From contig NC_068990.1 of NCBI RefSeq assembly GCF_001194135.2, positions 48,504,977 through 48,541,974 of the forward strand: a stretch of 36,998 nucleotides of DNA, read 5' to 3'. The notes under the pieces were generated by a model that was not told the DNA's origin, did no database searches, and saw only the letters and a program-made list of their open reading frames with translations. The first letter of the stretch is position 1, and each line of letters begins with the position of its first letter. Below are positions 23,170 through 34,278 of the stretch, in pieces. Source of the DNA: Octopus bimaculoides. Lineage: Eukaryota. Made by a program: the position numbers and the translations under genes.

Positions 23170-23560
23170 TAAGAAAATGGATGTAATAACAAGGAGAACT
23201 CGTGGTTTTTGCTGGTATGCCTTTAATTTAATTAGATAACAAAGAAGGAGGAAGCAGAGATGAAGGTAGCATTTACAATCGTTTTGATTTACTGGTTTAA
23301 GTAAATCTCTTCAGAAAGTGAATATAGATAGATGCATCGGTTAGGATGCAAAAATAATTCATACATATGTAATGGTAATATAAACAAAGGTAGTAAGTCT
23401 TACATTAAATTTTGTTCTTGCGCTGGTAAATTCGCTGGGTAGATGTATGATTGTGGTAGACTGGTTAGTTTCGTTGGGTAATTAGAGGAGAGTGAGTATT
23501 ATTTAGGTGTGGGTTCCTATTTGGATTAAGCACATTTTTTTGCTCAATAACTTAGTGTGC
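23170..23560 (-). mobile_element. Probable Penelope-like element pseudo-LTR remnant
   Basis: A CpG-retaining non-SINE segment between microsatellites that contains a minimal hammerhead motif. The PLE assignment is inferred from the ribozyme type; no RT or GIY-YIG domain is recognisable. Confidence 0.45.
23269..23320 (-). ncRNA. Degenerate minimal type-I hammerhead ribozyme motif
   Basis: Minus strand reads cacttt-CUGAAGA-gauuuac(uuaaacca)guaaauc-AAAA-C-gauu-GUA/-aaugc. Intact C3-A9 core, perfect 7-bp stem II with G10.1-C11.1, G12 changed to A, near-palindromic stem III ACGAUUGU, GUA cleavage triplet, weak stem I. Confidence 0.7.
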
Positions 23561-23589
23561 TTCTTTTTCAGATTTATGTTCTACTGATG

Positions 23590-23621
<32 letters not shown>

Positions 23622-23750
23622 GTGTGTGTGTATATATACATACATATATAGATCCAGGTATGTATGTGTACATAAGTATATAAACAAACAAGTATACACA
23701 CATACATATATGTATACATATACACATGTACGTAAATACATAGAGAGAGA
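23590..23750. repeat. Compound (TATG)n(TG)n(TA)n low-complexity tract
   Basis: Direct reading; source of the ORFs at 23552-23823. Confidence 0.9.
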
Positions 23751-24034
23751 GTGGGGTAGAATAACAAGCAATCTAAGTGGCAGGCAGAGAGCTAGGAAGA
23801 AAATAATATTAAAATTATACTAAGAAGTTTAATGAACTAATAATAAAGTTGATATTTGCATAAAATATTATTTATTGAAAAATTAAGAAGGTCAATCAAT
23901 AGCTGATGGTAATTTTGAAAATTTGTTTTTATTTCACTAATCTCAACATGTTGGCACCTAATGGCAATATCATCGTTCTTCAATCATTCATAATACTACT
24001 TCTTGATTCTATACACCAAGAAGGAAATGAAACA

Positions 24035-24710
24035 GTATGTATATATATATATGCGTTGATATAAGCATGCACACAGCCACACACATATACATATGCATAA
24101 ACAGATATACATATGCACACATAGTTGTCTGCCTACAAGTATTCACACATGCAAACACATTCACACACTCATACACAAAACACATGCACACATATGTCTA
24201 CCTGCCAATATTCAAACATACACACATACAGATGCATGCACAAACACACATCAGCACATACATGAACAGATACACATATGCACATGTACACACAAATTGC
24301 ATAAACATAAATTAATACACATATGCACATATACACACAAATTGCATAAACATAAATTAATACACATATGTATTAATACAAAAATGTCTGCAGGCAAGGA
24401 TTTATACACAGTTGCACACACAAATATATATGCATTTAAATATATGCAAATGCATACGTACACACACAGATGTTTGCATGCAAGAATTCATACACACAAT
24501 GTACATATGTAAATAATGTACATGTATACACACCTAAACACATGCACACACACACACAAACATGCATTTAAACATATGCATTTAAATCTATGCAAATGTA
24601 AACACACATACACATACACACGTCTGCATGCAAAAAATCACACACACATACACATGCAAGCACATGCACACACACCCACACACACGTGCACACACCCACA
24701 TATACACCTG
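24035..24710. repeat. Cryptic CA/TA-rich low-complexity tract with a 45-bp tandem duplication at 24271-24370
   Basis: Unit tacacatatgcacat(g/a)tacacacaaattgcataaacataaattaa, about 2.2 copies. Source of the His/Thr-rich ORFs. Confidence 0.85.
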
Positions 24711-25076
24711 AAACATTGTGGATTTGAAACAAACAGTGGGAATATTTGAATAATAAAATAATATATTGATTACATTTGGCTAGACACAGAAAGATGACTA
24801 TAAGATTTACAGAAGATAGAATACTAGATGTTGAGATGTTCATGCTTAAGCAAGGTTCTTTAGAAGTGCATGATTTCAAAGAACCTAAGAACTGTGTCAA
24901 TAATGTTTCACAGTATATATGTAGTGTGTCTTTGTATTGAGGAGGTTTTCATATTTCATATTTTGATGAAGAGTAATGTAACAAATATGTTTTGTCTGTA
25001 ATAGTATCTATGCAGGTGATTTTCACACACACACACACACACAAATATACCACACACATTTGCAAATACATACACA

Positions 25077-25109
<33 letters not shown>

Positions 25110-25121
25110 TATATATATATA

Positions 25122-25327
25122 CTCTTTTACTTGTTTCAGTCATTTGACTGCGGCCATGCTGGAGCACCACCTTTAGTCGAGCAAATCGACCACAGGACTT
25201 ATTCTTTTGTAAGCCTAGTACTTATTCTATCGGTCTCTTTTGCCGAACCGCTAAGTTACGGGGACGTAAACACACCAGCATCGATTGTAAAGCGATGTTG
25301 GGGGTACAAACACAGACACACAAACAT

Positions 25328-25360
<33 letters not shown>

Positions 25361-25507
25361 CATATATACGACGGGCTTCTTTCANNNNNNNNNNNNNNNN
25401 NNNNNNNNNNNNNNNNNNNNNNNNNNNNNNNNNNNNNNNNNNNNNNNNAGTGGGACTGAACCCGGAGCCATGTGGTTGGTAAGCAAGCTACTTACCACAC
25501 AGCCACT

Positions 25508-25510
<3 letters not shown>
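25122..25510 (-). mobile_element. Young full-length CORE-type SINE (family B), spanning a 64-N gap
   Basis: CpG-rich. The reverse complement begins ggagtggctgtgtggtaagtagcttgcttaccaaccacatggctccgggttcagtcccact (A and B boxes); internal (TA)/(CA) tract; 3' end gactgaaacaagtaaaagag. Confidence 0.88.
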
Positions 25511-25548
<38 letters not shown>

Positions 25549-25699
25549 AAAGAAAAAGGCACTCAATACATTTTGCAGGAGTTACATATATTATTTAAAA
25601 CAGTCTGATTCATTGCAAGAGCCTGATAAGCTATATTCCTGTAACAAGCCTACGAAACTAAGTTGCATGGAGCAATTTAAAACTGTCTTAAATAATAAT

Positions 25700-25900
25700 A
25701 ATGATTTCAAGGCCAGCAATTTTGGGGAAGGGGTGAGTCCAATTACACTGAGTCCAATTACAACTAGTACTTATTTCACCAACGCCAAAAGGATGAAAGG
25801 CAAAATGAAACTCAGTGGAATTTGAACTCAGAATGTAAAGACAGATGGACTGCTGCTAAGCATTTTGCCTGACATGTTAATGATTCTGCCAGCTCACTAC
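25700..25900 (-). mobile_element. Family A SINE
   Basis: aaggatgaaaggcaaaatgaaactcagtggaatttgaactcagaatgtaaagacag...gctaagcattttgcctgacatgttaatgattctgccagctcac. Confidence 0.8.
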
Positions 25901-25945
25901 TTTAACAAGAATAATAAAATTAATAATAATAATAATATATATTAT

Positions 25946-26243
25946 TAGTGACGCAAATGACTTATTGGTTAGTGTATTCAGCTCATGAATTCAATTCCCA
26001 GAAGCACATTATGTCCTTGAGAAAAACACTTTATTTCATGTTGCTCCAACCAACTCAGCTGAAGTAGTACCTGTATTTCAAAGGGCCAGCCTTGTCACAT
26101 TCTGTTTCATGCTGAATCTCCCTGAGAATTAAGGGTACATGTGTTTGTAGAGTGCTCAGCCACTTGGACATTAATTTCACAAGCAAGTTGTTCTGTTGAT
26201 TGAATCAACTGGAATACTCATCATTGTAGACAATGGAGTACCC
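25946..26243 (+). mobile_element. Older family C-related SINE
   Basis: 3' half tcaaagggccagccttgtcac...aagggtacatgtgtttgtagagtgctcagccactt...tcaactggaatactc is collinear with 22790-22950. Confidence 0.75.
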
Positions 26244-26254
26244 AGCCATTAAAA

Positions 26255-26312
<58 letters not shown>

Positions 26313-27004
26313 CGAACACACACACACAATACAGAGAAGGAGAAGGTGGGCCAGTACAGTACAATGGTGTTTTAGCATCTGAAATACAAAGTATAAGGAA
26401 GGGTTTGAGTTGAGAGGGAATTCCAATAACACAACATGTTGAATCAGTAATTATCACTGCTGATACAAAACATAAATTAAAAACTATTCTTGTGATGATG
26501 CTGAAACAAAACAAACTGTCAGCTGAGCTTCATAAAGATGCAAGCTGATAATAGTGTGATATGGCTGTAATTTCTAACAGTCCAAGGTTCTATGTACAGG
26601 CTTCCTCATTTGCATGACAGTGGTAGTGTTAATAGTAAAGGGTGGATGTCAGACTGGTATGAGCAACTCAGTGCAGTAGGTATGTAAGTGGAAAGACAGA
26701 GAAATTCAGTTTGCAAGTATTTCTTCACTGCTGGTTTGTAAAGCTAAATAACTATATACACTGAAAGGGTCCCACCTAAAATGAATGCAGGTGCCAGCTT
26801 GAGCTAATGTGTGTGAGCTCATTAATTAGTATCTGCGTGTGCGTGTGTTTGAGTAAGTGTATTTACATATGTGTATATGTAATTTTTTTTTTTAGAGTTA
26901 TTTTGTTTTGTTTTTCATTTTGTGAGAGATAAAGAGTTTAAATGCAAGATCATCTTGCAGGCTAATCTGAATTGTGTAGGTATTAGATGGTAGAAAGAAA
27001 AGAA

Positions 27005-27358
27005 AAAGACTGGTTGATTAAAGAGCTCATTTTGTAGCCACATGGTTTTAGGTTCAGTCCCACTGTGGAGCACCTTGGGCAAAGGCCTTCTACTACTACT
27101 ATAGCCCTTGTGCTGATTAATGCCTTACGAGTGAATCTGGTCGGCAGAAACTCGTGTGTGTGCCTAACCATTGCTTGACAAGTGATGCTGGTTTGTTTAT
27201 ATACCCATAACTTAGCAGTTCAGCTAAAGATACTGATAAATAAACATCAAGCTTAAAAGAAATATATACTTGGATCAATTTGTTCAACTAAACCCTTCAA
27301 GGTAGTTCCCCAGCAAGGCCACAGTCCAACAGCCGAAACTAGTTAGAAAATAAAAGAA
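27005..27358 (+). mobile_element. Full-length family B CORE SINE
   Basis: ccacatggttttaggttcagtcccactgtggagcaccttgggcaaag ... ccagcaaggccacagtccaacagccgaaact. Confidence 0.8.
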
Positions 27359-27770
27359 ACAGACAGACAGACAGTCAAAGAGTGAGTGAATATGCTTATT
27401 TTTCTTTCATTCAGCTTTCTTTTATAAATTCACTCTTATTTTTTTCTTATCTTTCAGTTTTCTTTGAATGGTAAACTAAGAATCACAACTTGACATGATC
27501 AAACTAAGAGTTGCACTATTAACGTCATCATGGTAGAGTGTGCAAGGTTTTCTAAAGACAGATAACAGTGCTGCTGCTGTAAAGCTACCATGTTGTTTAT
27601 ATTACCAATTTTTTAAATGCATCTATATTGTATAACGATCTTTCTCCACTCCCTTGTTTTTATGTAACTATGTATATACATCCTCACATGCCTTTGTAAA
27701 CCTCTTTTTTGTAACTTGTCCCTGTATACATGATTGGACTCCCATGACAAATTATTATCATTATCATTAT

Positions 27771-28258
27771 TAAGGCTGTGAGTTTGCAGGATTATTAATG
27801 CATCAGAGAAAATGCTTAGCAGTATTTCTTCCAAGTCTTTCCATTCTGAGTTCAAATCCCACCCCTGAGGTCAATTTCACCTTTCATCTTTTTGGGATCA
27901 ATAAAATAAGTACCAGTTAAACACTGGAGACCAATATAATCAGCAAGCCCCTACTCCAAAATCTCAACCCTTGTGCCTATAGTAGAAAGAATCATCATCA
28001 TCATCATCTTCATAATGACAATCTGGAAGAATTGTTAGCATTTCACAGAAAATGCTTAGCAACATATTTTTGTCTTTTTACATTCTGAGTTCAAACCCTG
28101 CTCCGGTTGACTTTGCCTTTCAATCTTTCTGGGTCAATAAAATAAGTATCAATTGTGCACTGGGGTTGATGCAATTGACTTATACCCTCCTTTAAAACTG
28201 CTGACCTCATACCAAAATTAGAAACAATTATTATTATTATTACTATTATTATTATCAT

Positions 28259-28308
<50 letters not shown>

Positions 28309-29087
28309 TTATTATTATTATTGTTATTATTATTATTATTATTTCATTGCACAGTATGAATATAAGCTACTGGTTGTGTTGTTTTTTGTTTTGTTTCTTT
28401 TTCCTTTAAACTCTCAAACCTTTACAGAAGAATCCAGTCAGAAAAAGCCTTACTAAAAGTATGAGATGTTCTGGTGGTGGGTGAGGAGATTTTTTTAAGT
28501 TCTGGCAAGTCTTTCTTGTTGCCCAACCATTTCCAAGAGGTATGATGGCTTTTTTTTTTTTCTAATTAGGCATATTTTGAGAACTTTACTACTTCTTTAT
28601 CTGCAATGTTTTTATCAAGTTTAAAGCAGATTACTGACAAAATTGTTAGTGCATTGGGTCAAATACATAGTAGCATTTCTTCCAACTCTTTACATTATGA
28701 GTTCAAATGTTGCCAAGATCAACTTTGCCTATTATCATTTCAGGGATCAATAAAATAAGTACCAGCTGAGCACTGAGGTCAATGTAATCAACTTGCACTC
28801 TCCCCTGCTGGTGTTATGCCAAAATTAGAAATAATAATCATAATCATACTAGTAGTAATAGCAGTTATTATTATTGAAGTTGGTGTATTGTGAGAATAAT
28901 TAGTGTGTACAGTATTTGTTCCAGCTCTTTATATTCTGAGTTCAAACCCTATTGAGGTCAACTTTGTCTTTAATCTTTTCAAGGGAGATAAAATAAAGCA
29001 CCTACCAAGCACCAGTGTCAATGTAATCAACTAACCCTTCCCCTCAAAGTGCCTGGTTTTGTGCCTAAATCAGAAATCATCATTATT
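27771..29087 (+). mobile_element. Four family A SINEs in tandem (27771-28007, 28020-28240, 28625-28850, 28876-29087)
   Basis: Each has ttct(a)gagttcaaa, a gtcaa(c)tttgcct..(c)atc block, aataaaataagtacc and a (ATC/ATT)n tail. An expanded (ATT/ACT)n tract lies at 28227-28342. Confidence 0.85.
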
Positions 29088-29191
29088 TTTTTTCCACCGT
29101 TTTTATGGAAACCCCACCAAGCGTTGTCATCTGTCCTTCTAATATCCCCCTCATCAAATGCCCTTGTGGCAAATAAAAGAAACCATTGTTG

Positions 29192-29230
<39 letters not shown>

Positions 29231-29242
29231 TACTTTTATTAT

Positions 29243-29778
29243 TGAGTGAGAGAGCAGTACATGCCATCAAAGTGACACTGGAGTACAAATATATGAAGCC
29301 CAGTATACCCATCATGATTACCTGTCTGATAAGGGTACTCAAGGCACATGCATCACAACCATATGTGTATGACATGGTAATCTCATATCAAGATATACAG
29401 CACATGACCTTGCAGGTGGGGCTCAGTTGAAATTTTTTCAGCTTGAGTAGCCCATTCCACTCAAAAAGTCCCTAAAAAAAAAGTTTGTTTAGGGATGATG
29501 AACAAAACACCCATGTTTCCAGAGGTGAATTATTCAAACCCCAAAGAATTCCTCTCAATACATCATCTGCTTGTGATCAGAGATGCACATATCGTCAGCC
29601 ACTAAGGGACATGCTCAACTGGTTAAGGTGAAGCAACTGACAAGCAAATCTGTGGTATTGAGCAGAATATTTGTTGTAGCCCATCTTTTATACCAAGACA
29701 AAACAATGTACATGATAACACTTCCAATCAGTTAACATCAGAAGCCATGAGAGCCACTGCTTGGTACTACATCAGAGC

Positions 29779-29782
<4 letters not shown>
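29243..29782 (-). mobile_element. About 540-bp interspersed repeat embedded in (TTA)n
   Basis: Complex sequence flanked on both sides by (TTA)n (29196-29242 and 29783-29818). No tRNA head or ORF recognised. Matches an abundant octopus repeat as I recall it; class uncertain. Confidence 0.55.
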
Positions 29783-29817
<35 letters not shown>

Positions 29818-29820
<3 letters not shown>

Positions 29821-30363
29821 GGCAGAAAGCTGGCAAAATCATTAGCATACTAGGCAAAATGCTTNNNNNNNNNNNNNNNNNNNNNNNNNNNNNNNNNNNN
29901 NNNNNNNNNNNNNNNNNNNNNNNNNNNNNNNNNNNNNNNNNNNNNNNNNNNNNNNNNNNNNNNNNNNNNNNNNNNNNNNNNNNNNNNNNNNNNNNNNNNN
30001 NNNNNNNNNNNNNNNNNNNNNNNNNNNNNNNNNNNNNNNNNNNNNNNNNNNNNNNNNNNNNNNNNNNNNNNNNNNNNNNNNNNNNNNNNNNNNNNNNNNN
30101 NNNNNNNNNNNNNNNNNNNNNNNNNNNNNNNNNNNNNNNNNNNNNNNNNNNNNNNNNNNNNNNNNNNNNNNNNNNNNNNNNNNNNNNNNNNNNNNNNNNN
30201 NNNNNNNNNNNNNNNNNNNNNNNNNNNNNNNNNNNNNNNNNNNNNNNNNNNNNNNNNNNNNNNNNNNNNNNNNNNNNNNNNNNNNNNNNNNNNNNNNNNN
30301 NNNNNNNNNNNNNNNNNNNNNNNNNNNNNAAAATTTTAGGCCTTGTGCCTATAGTAGAAAGGA
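29818..30363 (+). mobile_element. Family A SINE ends flanking a 465-N gap
   Basis: A 5' head (ggcagaaagctggcaaaatcattagcatactaggcaaaatgctt) precedes the gap and a 3' end (aaattttaggccttgtgcctatagtagaaagga) follows it. Confidence 0.75.
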
Positions 30364-30530
30364 CTCTCTGAGTGGTTGGCGTTAGGAAGGGCATCCAGCT
30401 GTAGAAACTCTGCCAAATTAGATTGGAGCCTGGTGTTGCCATCCGGTTTCACCAGTCCTCAGTCAAATCGTCCAACCCATGCTAGCATGGAAAGCGGACG
30501 TTAAACGATGATGATGATGATGATGATGAT
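30364..30530 (+). mobile_element. Young, extremely 5'-truncated RTE 3' end
   Basis: About 8 differences by eye from 12901-13066 over about 145 nt; (GAT)n tail. Confidence 0.85.
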
Positions 30531-30542
30531 TATTATTATTAC

Positions 30543-31340
30543 TAAGGATAAAGTGGTTGGCAAAATCCTTAAGGTAATAAATAAAGTAGCTTGCAGAAAT
30601 TAATTACATCCCTCTTAGTATTGAATTCAAACACTACAATGATAACTTTTGACTTTCATCCTTTCAGAGTTGACAAAATAAAGAACCAGTGAAGCACTGA
30701 GCTTAATACAGTTGACTATACTTTTTCCCAGAATTTGCAACCTTATGCCTATGTTAGAAATCTTCTCTTTAATATCAATGGGGTAAACACCTTGTAAAAT
30801 GTAGTTATTCCCCTTTAAGTCAACAGTTCAAATTCTGCTAACTTTACTTTCTAGCCTTCAAGGGTAAGAGGAAATCACAGTACAGTTCAAGTACTAGAGA
30901 GATTGATTTTAGTCTGTACTTTCTTTCTTTATGTGAGGTACAATGTCAAAAGTAAAAGATCGTTGGTAGAAATGGTAGGCATGCCAGATAAATTCCTTTG
31001 TGACATTCACATAACACGTAATATCCCAAGTTCAAATTACTCTACAGTCAATAAAATACTAATAAAATTGTGGGGTTGATTTAATGAACTTTACCTCTTC
31101 TCCTGAAGAATCTATGGTCTAATACCAATGCAAAAAAAATTTGCCAAAGTTAATAGGGTACCAAACAAAATGACTTGTTTTTAGTTACATTCCTTAAAAT
31201 TCTAAGTTCAGATCCTGGTCAGGTCAAGCTGGCCTGTCAATCTTTTGATGTTAAAAATTAAATACTAGCCAGATACTGATATCAGTTTAACTGACCGCAA
31301 CACACACCCTCTCACAATATGTGATCCTATGACCATCCAT
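30543..31340 (+). mobile_element. Further degenerate family A copies (about 30543-30760, 30810-30910, 30955-31130, 31140-31330)
   Basis: Recurrent (a/g)gttcaaa B-box plus the aactttg.ctttcatcc...aaaataa block, all on the + strand. Confidence 0.6.
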
Positions 31341-32009
31341 GTTCAGAAAAATCCAAATTTTCATTAAAGAGTAGTAGGGTAACATACAAAATATCTTAAT
31401 GGTTTGTTACAGAAGTAGAAAGTCAGATATTTAGGAGTGGTGCTGGAAACAGTCCAATTTTATCCAACCATTGCACCTGTTTTCCATGCACTTCAGGTCA
31501 CTAACTGATCTGGGAGGCCACAGTCACAGATACATTTACTGACAATAACACCTGAGAGGAGGTGATTCACCCATCAAGTGAGCTGCAATGAGGACTGAGG
31601 ATGGCAAGAGGAACAAGTACATGACCCTGTTAGCCACATCTCTTTGAAGTGATGGGTAATAGAATAACTAGCAATGCTGATGAATTGATGAAAGTCGTTT
31701 TTTATCAACACTATGAAAGTAAAGAGCATTGAAGCAACAAGTGAAGCTGCTTCTACATTATGACTGTGGCAAATGAATTGGTCTAGCAAGTTATTGTGAC
31801 ATTGCTTTGTGTCAGTGCGCTTCAGGAATAGTGATAGTTCTCACCCTCTCTTTTTACATACATGTGAATAATAATAATAAATCAAAATTCATTTAAATAT
31901 CAACCCTAAGTGATGATTTTGTTTATCATTCCTCAGGCTTGATACAGTGAATACCAAGAATGTGTTGTGGTAATTTCATAGTTATGTATGAAAATAAAAA
32001 ATTATCATC

Positions 32010-32350
32010 ATCATCAAAGGCATTAGACTAATTATCTTGCACTACTTAGTTTCTTTACATTCTGAAGTAAAATTCTGTCAGGATTGACATTACCTTTCAT
32101 TCTCCCAGAATCAAAAAAAAAAAATACCAGTAATATGCTAAGGTTGGTTTTATAGCATATAGCTAGCGCTCTCTTCTTTCTTACCCACCTCTCTCTCTCT
32201 CTTTCACAAATGTATGACTTTGTGCTAACTGAAATAATCCTTATCAACAGCTTCTTCCTTCTGGGGTCAATAAAGTAAGTGTCAGTCAAGCTGATATAAG
32301 CGACTATTCCCTGCACCCATTTTTGGCCTTCTGCTTATACAAGTAAATGT
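32010..32350 (+). mobile_element. Two degenerate family A fragments
   Basis: ggattgacattacctttcattctcccagaatc and cttccttctggggtcaataaagtaagtgtcag. Confidence 0.55.
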
Positions 32351-33506
32351 TATTATTATGAACATTACGATTGTCATTCAACTCAAAGATGTGAAAATGT
32401 CACCATAGTAAAAGAAGGGAAGAATGTTTTAAAGACAGCTGACAATGCATCGATAGATAGATAGATATACTTTTGATATTTTCATAGTTATACCATGAGA
32501 ATACTCGTTATACAAGTATATGATGTGAAGACAGAGTGACTGATAAGGAAAACATACACACCTCCAGTGTAACTATATCATTTGTTTCAAGTTCACATTA
32601 AACGCAATGAGAATATTTCCTAAATAGATAGAGATTTTGACATGTGATTCCAAGGTAAAAATGATTGATAATCTATAGAAATACAACAGTGTACATTCAC
32701 TAAGACAATGACAGACTACGTTGTGCCAGTATGTGTGTGTGTGAATCATTGAGAGTGTGTGAGAAAGTACTTGTGTGTCAGTAAGTTGAAAGCTGATTTA
32801 CCTGTTCAACCCTACCTCAAGACTGAAATCCCTCTTCCTAATTACAGCAATAACTTATTTGTAACAGTTTTTAATCATAAATAAGACATTATTTACAACA
32901 AATAAAATAAAAATAAAAGAAAAGTTGTAAAATAATTGAATCAACAATTAATACTTTTTAAACTAACCACTGTATCCAAATGTTTACTCATATTAAAAGA
33001 CAGGTGAAATCATTTTAAGCTGCCTAAAACTAAATATAGATAAATGTTTGAAAAAAAAGAGAACTGTCATTTTTTATTTTCACGTATTTACCCATTTGCT
33101 GCTCACATAAAGGTGCTTCATTAGTAGTCCTACCCTTAAAGGAATAATGATTGCATTGATCATAATTAGCACCATTCTTAAATATCTGTATCTACATACT
33201 ATATCCATATAACTGCTTATGTGTAAGAAAACACACACACACACACACACATCAAACAGAAATAGGTATATTAGTATAATCACACTTATGGAGGTGTGTG
33301 TATATGTGTTACCTGTGTATATATTTATGTACATACATGCATATATAGTAGCTTATTCATGTATACAGAGTTAAATCAAACTGTATGTTTACACAAAAAC
33401 CTTCTGTATAAAGATAAAACATTAACAAAACAAATCAAAAAGAAGACAACACCTTAAAAAGAAAAAATAACAAAGAAGAATATAGAATAAAGGTTGAAAG
33501 GCCTAC

Positions 33507-33900
33507 CTGCTTCCACTATCAACATCCTAAAACGTTCGAGCATGGCGAGAGTACCAGTGGAACTATAGGATGTACTGATGGTGACACAAGAAAATAAACC
33601 AGCAGCAAAATGGTTTTACAAGTAGCTGTGGTAGTAAAACTGATGGCAGACAAGGACAAGGTGTTGGCGGCGAAGGCAGGGCTCATATGGATAATGACAT
33701 ATTATCAATGGTTGATAGACCGACAACATCCTTGACACATACACACGCCCACTTCAAACGTTCAGTAGGGTAAGTGACAATGAAAGCTTCTGTCAACAAA
33801 ATTTCCACGGAGAATAGTAGGGTCCTTGCCAAGTGATTAATGGCAAAAATCTTCTATAAGAGCTGAAACCACAAGGGAGCCTGTTGAAGCAGAATACTGA
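33507..33900 (-). other. Candidate exon of an unidentified minus-strand gene (5' UTR plus start codon)
   Basis: Long polypyrimidine tract (33921-33990) upstream of a gcag/ acceptor, with an alternative aacag/ at 33881. Donor GCAG/gtaggc at 33507. gccATG at 33543 gives MLERFRMLIVEA plus a phase-1 G. Non-repetitive, CpG-retaining sequence. No homology recognised. Confidence 0.35.
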
Positions 33901-34214
33901 CTGCATCACAACAGTGCAACAGAGAAGAAAAAATATTAAAAAATAGCAGGGAGGGATGAAAGAGAAAGACAAAAAAAGAACAGGGCAACAAAGCCAATGT
34001 TGAGTTTGACCTTTTCTAACAGAAGTTCAGGTAGTTCAGCACCATATTTTCCTCTCGTAATGCTAGAAATATCCTTGAAAACACAATTAGCTTATATGGT
34101 GACAGTGATTGCTACATGCTAGAAGTTATGCTCCGATTCAGTCAGGTGGTGTCAGTAGAGATGGTTAAAAATCCTGTCTATCATCACTCACTAGACATAC
34201 ACAAACATACATAT

Positions 34215-34278
<64 letters not shown>

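Noticed and set aside
23552-24900. His/Thr/Tyr/Cys-Val-rich ORFs
   Set aside because: Translations of dinucleotide-derived repeats.
26338-26390. Peptide GEGGPVQYNGVLASEI resembling the 2000-2070 minus frame
   Set aside because: Similarity does not extend on either side; probably coincidental.
29738-30442. Long ORFs of 170-234 aa
   Set aside because: Made of N runs and (TTA)n.
27771-32350. CRISPR-like or satellite array
   Set aside because: Units are dispersed-family SINEs of unequal age and spacing in a eukaryotic genome.
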